A stretch of DNA of 64,000 nucleotides from an uncultured Chloroflexia bacterium. GTDB lineage: Bacteria; Chloroflexota; Anaerolineae; B4-G1; SLSP01. The DNA lies in the NCBI GenBank assembly GCA_963751345.1, contig CAVVUS010000027.1, positions 32,001-96,000 of the forward strand, given 5' to 3'. A program made the position numbers and the translations under genes. Positions within the stretch are counted from its first letter, which is position 1, and each line of letters begins with the position of its first letter. Shown one piece after another: positions 54,569 to 64,000 of the stretch. The notes beneath the pieces are model-generated. The model saw nothing but the letters and a program-made list of their open reading frames with translations, was not told the DNA's origin and ran no database searches.

Positions 54569-56161
54569 TTATCCATACTCTGTCTTGACACCCTTCGTCG
54601 GAAGACCGGTATCGTAGTCGCGCACCTCCGGCGCATAGCCGTCAGCAGGCCGCGGGCGGAACTCTCCACGCCACTGCAGTCTCCGGCTAGCACGCCAGGG
54701 GCGCCGCTCCCAGACCGGGCCTCGGAAGGGATCGCGCTTCTCGTACATCCACGACAGCAATCGGTCGTGGAGCCGATTACGTACTCCGACCATTGCGGGA
54801 TCATCAATCAAGTTGGTCACCTCGCCTGGGTCATCGGCAAGGTCGTATAACTCATCACTGTAGAGCAGGTTGATGACCAGCTTATGCCGCCCCTCCACCC
54901 AACCGCGCACCGGCTGGAACCCGCCCCAGGAATCGTGTTCGATTTCATAGCGCTGGAACTCTATGGCAACGCCCCGATCGGGATCCTCCTCTCCCAGAAG
55001 CTGCGGGACCAGACTCTCGCCCTCCAGGATCGGCGGCACATCGAGCCTGGCCAGTTCGAGCATCGTCGGCAGCAGATCGATGTGGCTGACCAACGTGGCA
55101 ACGCCGCCACGCCGACTTCCCTCTTCTCCAAGGTCAGGTTCGGAGAGAAGTCGAGCAAAAGGATGGGGAGGGGAAGCGCTTGACTCGGCAGTGGGCAGTT
55201 CGATGATGAGCGGGATGTGGGTAATCTCCTCATACATCACGGGGCCCTTCCCCGTGAGTTGGTGCGCACCCAGCATATCGCCATGGTCAGAGGTGAAAAT
55301 CACGACGGTGTTCTCGGGTGCTAGCCGGTGGGTCGCGTCGATGACGCGCCCGATCTCGGCGTCGACGAAACTGTTGCACCCGAAATACATAGGGTCGCGA
55401 ATCGTGCCATTGCGGATTCGCCGACCGATCGCGGCAGACTCAGCCCACTCGCGCTGATGTGCAGGCTTGTCCTCCAGCGTATCGAAGGCCCCCGGGCCGA
55501 GAGGATAATCATAGTCCATGAACCTCTCGGCGTATTCGGGTGGACACGTGTAGGGGTGGTGCGGCTCGTCGTAGGAGACAACCAGCAGGAAAGGCTCACC
55601 GCCCTGACGTTGAAGGAAATCGATCGCACGGTCACCGATACGATGGGCCCAGGTGAACCCCGGCCGAATATCATGCTCACGAAGATCCGCCGGAGAGTTC
55701 AACCCCCGCCGCCACAGCGTGATCTCGTCCTGCGTCAGTTCATCCAGATAGTTCTTGCCATCGAACCAGTAGGCGGGATCCCACCCGTCAGGGCAGATCC
55801 CCGTGCCGAAATAGTCGTGCCCGTCGAGGTGCCACTTGCCGATGTAGCCGGTCCGGTACCCGCCGTCGCTGAACCGCCGTCCCATCGTGATGACGTTATC
55901 GCCCAGGGGCAGGTTATTCGTCCATGCCCCAGCCGTGTGCGGATAAATGCCCGTGAAGAGCCCGGCACGCGCCGGGGTACACAAAGGGCACGTGGTGTAG
56001 GCATGCTCGAACTTGATGCCGGTCTCGGCCAGCCGGTCGATGTTCGGCGTCCCAAGGTCTAGCGCCCTAGCAGAAGCATAGGCCCCAATCACGTTGGTGG
56101 CCTGGGTGTCGGTCATAATCAGGACGAAGTTGGGGCGCTCCCCGGCTATCCCATTCGTCAT
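54569..56161 (-). CDS. yidJ: Cys-type sulfatase, YidJ-like
   Basis: RPNFVLIMTDTQATN, CTPAR (CxPxR), GKWHLDGHDYFGTG, SYDEPHHP, SDHGD; closely resembles enterobacterial YidJ as recalled. Confidence 0.85.
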   Translation of the reverse strand: MTNGIAGERPNFVLIMTDTQATNVIGAYASARALDLGTPNIDRLAETGIKFEHAYTTCPLCTPARAGLFTGIYPHTAGAWTNNLPLGDNVITMGRRFSDGGYRTGYIGKWHLDGHDYFGTGICPDGWDPAYWFDGKNYLDELTQDEITLWRRGLNSPADLREHDIRPGFTWAHRIGDRAIDFLQRQGGEPFLLVVSYDEPHHPYTCPPEYAERFMDYDYPLGPGAFDTLEDKPAHQREWAESAAIGRRIRNGTIRDPMYFGCNSFVDAEIGRVIDATHRLAPENTVVIFTSDHGDMLGAHQLTGKGPVMYEEITHIPLIIELPTAESSASPPHPFARLLSEPDLGEEGSRRGGVATLVSHIDLLPTMLELARLDVPPILEGESLVPQLLGEEDPDRGVAIEFQRYEIEHDSWGGFQPVRGWVEGRHKLVINLLYSDELYDLADDPGEVTNLIDDPAMVGVRNRLHDRLLSWMYEKRDPFRGPVWERRPWRASRRLQWRGEFRPRPADGYAPEVRDYDTGLPTKGVKTEYG

Positions 56162-56233
56162 AGGACCTCCTTCAGTTGGCAGTACATAAACTTGGCGGCG
56201 ATGGGTGTCAACATCGACACCGGCCTCGCGCGA

Positions 56234-57088
56234 TCAGGGATACTTCCTGTGCAGCGCCCGCAGATCGATGCGGCCCTCAAGGTCGTCGACGATGCGGACG
56301 TTGGCCTCCAGAATCTCAACGTCGCGCATGCCGACAAGGGCAACGTCCACCATCGGGTTCGAGAGCACGAACTGAAGCAGTGCGGGGGTGTAGTCGAAGG
56401 TGTTGTCCGGGTTCGCCCACTGGATCCACCGCTGGAGCAGGCCCGACGTGACCGTACGCATCGTCACGACACCCATCTGCTGTGCCTCGGCGTCGAACAT
56501 CGTGCCGAAGGGACGGGTCCACTCTGCCGGATGCTGATAGAGCAAGTTGTAGCAAAGTTGCATCACGTCGAAGCGCCCCGACTCGATAAAGCGATAGACC
56601 GCCGGGTTGTTGTCCTCCGTGGTGAAACCCAGGAAGCGGATCAACCCCTCGTCTCGCAGCGCTTCCATCTGTGACACCATCCCCCCTGGCGCGAGAAGGG
56701 CATCCGCCTGCTCTTTGCGATAGCTGGACCCGTGGATCTGCAGCAGATCGAGGCGATCACGCTGCAGCCGTTCGAGGCTTCCCTCGACGCTGGCCCGAAC
56801 ATCCGTGTCAGTCGGGACGATCTTCGTTGCCACAAAGATGCTGTCGCCCAGTCCGGCCAACGCCTCTCCGTAGATCGCCTCGCTGGCGCCCTGGCCATAG
56901 GCCGGCGCCGTGTCGAAGTAGGTGACGCCCAACTCGACGGCACGCTGGAGCGCCTGTATCACCGCGGCACGTTGTTCGCGGTCCTCCGGCGTGTAATCCG
57001 CAAGATAGTTCGCAAGCCCTGCAGGCGCACCGCCAAATCCCAACCGGCTGACGGTCACCCCGGTTCTGCCCAACTTCGTGGTTTCCAT
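56234..57088 (-). CDS. Aldo/keto reductase
   Basis: Likely start METTKLGRTG (57088, GAGAGGG upstream); FDTAPAYG, VATK, SLERLQRDRLDLLQIH. Confidence 0.85.
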   Translation of the reverse strand: METTKLGRTGVTVSRLGFGGAPAGLANYLADYTPEDREQRAAVIQALQRAVELGVTYFDTAPAYGQGASEAIYGEALAGLGDSIFVATKIVPTDTDVRASVEGSLERLQRDRLDLLQIHGSSYRKEQADALLAPGGMVSQMEALRDEGLIRFLGFTTEDNNPAVYRFIESGRFDVMQLCYNLLYQHPAEWTRPFGTMFDAEAQQMGVVTMRTVTSGLLQRWIQWANPDNTFDYTPALLQFVLSNPMVDVALVGMRDVEILEANVRIVDDLEGRIDLRALHRKYP

Positions 57089-57109
57089 AAATGCCCTCTC
57101 TGTATCAGT

Positions 57110-57235
57110 CGTCCAGTCTGCTGGGCGCATCGTCCAGTCTGCTGGGCGCATCGTCCAGTCTGCTGGACGCGTGGTCCAGTCTGCTGGGCGCATCGTCCAG
57201 TCTGCTGGACGCATCGTCCAGTCTGCTGGGCACGC
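57110..57235. repeat. Tandem array of six 21-bp hairpin units (micro-repeat family B)
   Basis: Unit CGTCCAGTCTGCTGG(G/A)CGCAT; stem CGTCCAG/CTGGACG, 4-nt loop; no spacers. Confidence 0.95.
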
Positions 57236-57249
57236 CAGTGGGCCTGGTC

Positions 57250-59572
57250 TTGGCTCAGCTCGAAGACCAGCACATCGTAGTCTACGACCCTCGGCACAGT
57301 AACCCTCCAGACCCCATCGACTTGCGCGACGGGGAGCGCGGCGCCATCGGAGAGCATGAATGCCCTCTCGACACTGCACCCGGCCTCCGCCGGCAGTTCG
57401 ACGATGACGTCGTACAGCGGAACGAGCTCACGGAAGAAACGTTCCCCACCTGTCAGGTTAATCAGATGCACCATGCGCCGCGCAGAGGCCTGGGTGCGCA
57501 GCGAGACCTGCAACGTCGGCGGAGCCGTTACGCGTAGCGGCAGCACGTCGTGCGCCGCCCATCGTACGGCGTTGGCGATCAATCGCTGCAGATCCGGATA
57601 GGGCACCGTCCATGCCAAGGAACCCAGGGCACCGGAGAAGTATACCGAGCGCCCACCGCTCTCAGACTCCTTGATAATCACCAACGGGTCGCCGCCCGCC
57701 GTCGTGGAAACGTCGCGGTGCCCCATCTCAGCCTCAGATGTCGAGGCCGTGGGGTAGGAGTAACCCTCCGGGAAAACGATGAACGGGGTCGACAACGTCA
57801 AGGGCACGGATGTGCCGGGCGACGCGCGACGGTGCAGTAGTCTCCCCCCATCGGAAGCACCGACGTTCCCTCCAAGCCATCGACGAGGGGATGCTGTCGG
57901 GCGATATCCATGTAGACCTGCTTGTAGCCCTGATCTGCACTCGCCATCGACGATCGGGTGACACCGCTGTAGCGCACCCCGAACACGTCCTCCAGAAGGA
58001 AGCCATCGCGCCGAAGGCCTTCAGCGTCGCAAAGCGACGTCTCAAACGTGGTGACGATGTTGCCGCCGCGCCGGACATAGCCGCGGATCGCCTCAGCCTC
58101 TTCTTCGGTCATGCAGGCCAGATTTGGCAACACAAGCACAGCATAGCGGTCCAGCAACTCACCCACGGCCTCCGTTGTAGAGACAGGGCGGTCGCCCCTC
58201 GCCGGTGTGATGCCGTCGTAGAGTGGATGCTCCGTCGCCGTTGTAGAGACGGGGCGGCGCCCCGTCTGCGGCGCTAGGAGCCGCGTCGAGATGATATCGA
58301 AGGGAATATGCGCCGCGTGCAATGCTTGCTCGATTCCCCGTATCTCCCTCACGTACCGCTTCTCGGGCTCGTCCCTGCCGTAGAAGACAAGCGTATCGAG
58401 AGAGTAGACGATAGCAACGTTGGCCCCCGAGGCATCCCCTTCGTAGTAGTCGCGGTGCGTCGCAAGAAAACCGTAGAGGTCGCGAATCACATCGAAGCCA
58501 CGGGGATCCTCGTGCACGGCCGGCGGGCCGCCCGACAGGTTCACCATCGGATCGGCACCGTTGGCCGCAATCTGGGCCAGATAGACTTTCTGCTCCGCGG
58601 GCGCCATCGCGCTCCGACGCCAGGGCCACGCGAGGAAGTAGGAAGCCACCACCCAGATCGGCGTGTCGGAGACCGACGTCATGAATCGCGCACTCTCGGC
58701 GGGCCAGCTCAGATACTGCCACGTGGCCGATCCGCTTCGCGTTCATTGTAGCGCGCTCGTGTCTGAACTTCCACCTGGACGGCGTCCGCGACCGCGGCCT
58801 GACTCTCGACGTCGATCGACGAACCCACCGTCCAGTCAGGATCCCCAAAGCAGACACTGTTGCCCATAAAGGGCATGTCGGGATCTATAGCGTGGACAAC
58901 CTCGCCGAGCTGATCGACCCGTTGGCGGGCATGCTCAATCCGCCAGGCAGTATACGTTCGCCATAGGGGGTCGGACCAGTTCACCTCTGATGGAAGCTCA
59001 CGCCCGGTCTCCTCGTAGAAGCTCCGGCGGCAATTGGGACAGTAGCAAATGGAGCGAGAGAACCCGAAGCTCCCGCCCCCGAACTTCACACAGTCGAGCG
59101 GATACCGCCCCAAGATCTCCGCTACGATCTCGCGCACGGACGCCGTCTGAGGCGCGTAGTCGGTCTGATAGCCGCCCATGGGACATGCCGCATACAGGCC
59201 GGGCACGCGCTCCACGGGACGTCCGGCTGCATCCTGGGCACACCAGTCCGGATGATCCCGCGCGGCCTGCTCCGGCACCTGGCCAAGGTCGATCATGCCC
59301 AGGGCCTTGATACCGGCGGCGTGGGCAGCCTCAACGATCTCGCCGGCAAGGTCACGACCGCCAAGATAAGGACTCTCTCGCTGATAGGCCAGCCGGGTCG
59401 GATAGGTCGTCACGTACCCGCCGACAAAGAAGCTGAAGAACGTCGCGTGCATCGAGGCCAAATCATCGATGAAGCGCTGGACGTCAAAATCACGGCAGTC
59501 CACGTCACGGATCGTGACGTGGAATCCCCGATTCCGACGCTTGAGCCAGGCGTTGCGATCTCTGCCGGTCAT
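57250..59572 (-). CDS. Putative glycoside hydrolase (GHL6-like + trimerisation domain); frameshifts near 58700 and 57810, 3' end uncertain
   Basis: ORFs 58709..59623, 57798..58682, 57055..57807; GGRDLAGEIVEAAH, YAVLVLPNLACM, RRMVHLINLTG. Confidence 0.7.
58172..58274. repeat. Two GTAG-type REP-like palindromes inside a CDS
   Basis: CCGTTGTAGAGACAGGGCGGTCGCCCCT and CCGTTGTAGAGACGGGGCGGCGCCCCGTCT; encode two RPVSTT peptides. Confidence 0.8.
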
Positions 59573-59626
59573 GATGCCCCTCAATGAGTCTTGATCCCTG
59601 AGCCGCAGATCCCCATCCGTCATCCG

Positions 59627-62913
<3,287 letters not shown>

Positions 62914-62921
62914 TTACGTAC

Positions 62922-62976
62922 CGATGTGACGGGTGACGAGTGATCGGAGACGTCACCGGTCACATCGTCACTCGTC
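62922..62976. repeat. Intergenic hairpin of 7-bp GTGAC/GTCAC units
   Basis: CGATGTGACGGGTGACG / CGTCACCGGTCACATCG (1 mismatch). Confidence 0.7.
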
Positions 62977-62983
62977 GTCTTTC

Positions 62984-63433
62984 TCAGAAATTCTCGAGCA
63001 GCTCCAACATCACACCCAGCACCGGCTCGCTATCGACGTAGGTGTACATGCCGCCGGGATAGTGCCCCTGCTGGATCACAGGCATATTGTAATCTGCGAG
63101 GAAGTTGGTCACGTTGTCGGTACCCTTGACCTGGAAAGCGATATGGTGGACGCACTCCCCCCTCTCGTCCAGAATCTCCTGCCACACGCTGCCTTCACCG
63201 ATCGGCTCAATCAGCTCCAAGTCGACCTGGCCAAGCTTGAAGAAAGCCAGCTTGGCCTGCGCATTCGTCGGCTCGCCCCGGTATGTGGCGTCAGCATCGG
63301 GTCCGCCGGCGATGCTCACGCTGGGCTTGGGGAGGCCAAAGATCTTGCTGTAGGTCTCGATGGCCTTGTCGATGTCCTTCACCACCAACCCAATCTGCGT
63401 GACGATGTGGGTGCCCATGCCTTTTTCAGCCAT
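62984..63433 (-). CDS. VOC family (glyoxalase/methylmalonyl-CoA epimerase-like) protein
   Basis: QIGLVVKDID, LELIEP, GECVHHIAF, MLELLE. Confidence 0.85.
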   Translation of the reverse strand: MAEKGMGTHIVTQIGLVVKDIDKAIETYSKIFGLPKPSVSIAGGPDADATYRGEPTNAQAKLAFFKLGQVDLELIEPIGEGSVWQEILDERGECVHHIAFQVKGTDNVTNFLADYNMPVIQQGHYPGGMYTYVDSEPVLGVMLELLENF

Positions 63434-63455
63434 CTCAGTCTCTCCTTCTCTTGCG

Positions 63456-64000
63456 TTACTTGATGATTTCCCTGACGGGATAGATCCCTTCATTGCGCCA
63501 GACGTCGAGAATCAGCTCATATCGATCAAGCTGCATTCCCGTATAGACACAATTACTCGTCGAGAAAATGTAGCGTCCACCCGGCATCCCGTGCTGCAAC
63601 GCGTAGCGCGCGGACGCTACAACCTCCGCGTCGGTGCCCGTGTCCATCAGGCCGCAGTTCACGTTACCGATAAGGCAGATCTCATCCCCACAAATCCGCT
63701 TCACCTCCGCAATGTCGACCCCGCCTTGGGGATCTAGAGAATGCAGCGCGTGAGGATTGGCCTGGATCAACTGGTCCAGGATTGGCATGATGTTGCCATC
63801 CGTGTGCTTGATGGCGTAGAAACCGAGATCGCGATAGCCCTGGATCAACTCAGCAAGGTAGGGCGTGACAAACTCGCTGAAGCGCGATGGGCTGAGAAAG
63901 GGACCGGTGTTGAAGCAGTAGTCAGAGCACAGCGCGAAACCATCGAGTCCTTCCACGCCCGGCGGGCGGTGACTCACCAAACCCTCGGCCCTGGCCAACG
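63456..64000 (-). CDS. Uroporphyrinogen decarboxylase-family protein (3' part; start outside window)
   Basis: SDYCFNTGPFLSP, KHTDGNI, CLIGNV, YIFSTSN. Confidence 0.8.
   Translation of the reverse strand, partial: LARAEGLVSHRPPGVEGLDGFALCSDYCFNTGPFLSPSRFSEFVTPYLAELIQGYRDLGFYAIKHTDGNIMPILDQLIQANPHALHSLDPQGGVDIAEVKRICGDEICLIGNVNCGLMDTGTDAEVVASARYALQHGMPGGRYIFSTSNCVYTGMQLDRYELILDVWRNEGIYPVREIIK

Noticed and set aside
57110-57235. CRISPR array
   Set aside because: Units are directly adjacent with no unique spacers, and no cas genes are present.
56234-57379. Aldo/keto reductase with an N-terminal (TMRPADW)n repeat extension
   Set aside because: A good start with RBS lies at 57088 where the family normally begins; the 21-bp array is simply stop-free in these frames.

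Overview
GC-rich bacterial chromosome segment, most likely Chloroflexota (Anaerolineae-like). This is inferred from Pro/Thr-rich lipoproteins, a sortase, a GAAC-N4-GTTC LexA box and gene content. The assembly carries many single-base indels (about 25 apparent frameshifts, often in homopolymers), so many genes are split across ORFs. 1-44 kb is mostly housekeeping: alpha-2-macroglobulin, mcm, pepF, an S1 protein, amrBA, nadC/A/B/D, purAB, holA, sortase, two hpt, tdk, rplU-rpmA-rpmE, radA-ftsK. 44-64 kb is a minus-strand block of ABC/HlyD export genes and a carbohydrate/sulfatase catabolic cluster. Highlights: (1) a three-gene operon with a perfect sigma70 promoter and a perfect LexA box, encoding an anchor-less, gamma-less FtsK motor, a small 2-TM membrane protein and a DUF6504-like protein, a candidate damage-inducible DNA translocation system; (2) several families of 15-24 bp hairpin micro-repeats inserted in frame into protein-coding genes between 45 and 61 kb, including a nested insertion and GTAG-type REPs; (3) ribosomal protein bL31 fused to an RNA polymerase alpha-CTD-like domain; (4) a probable NadC-NadA fusion. 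No rRNA, tRNA, CRISPR array or transposase was recognised.
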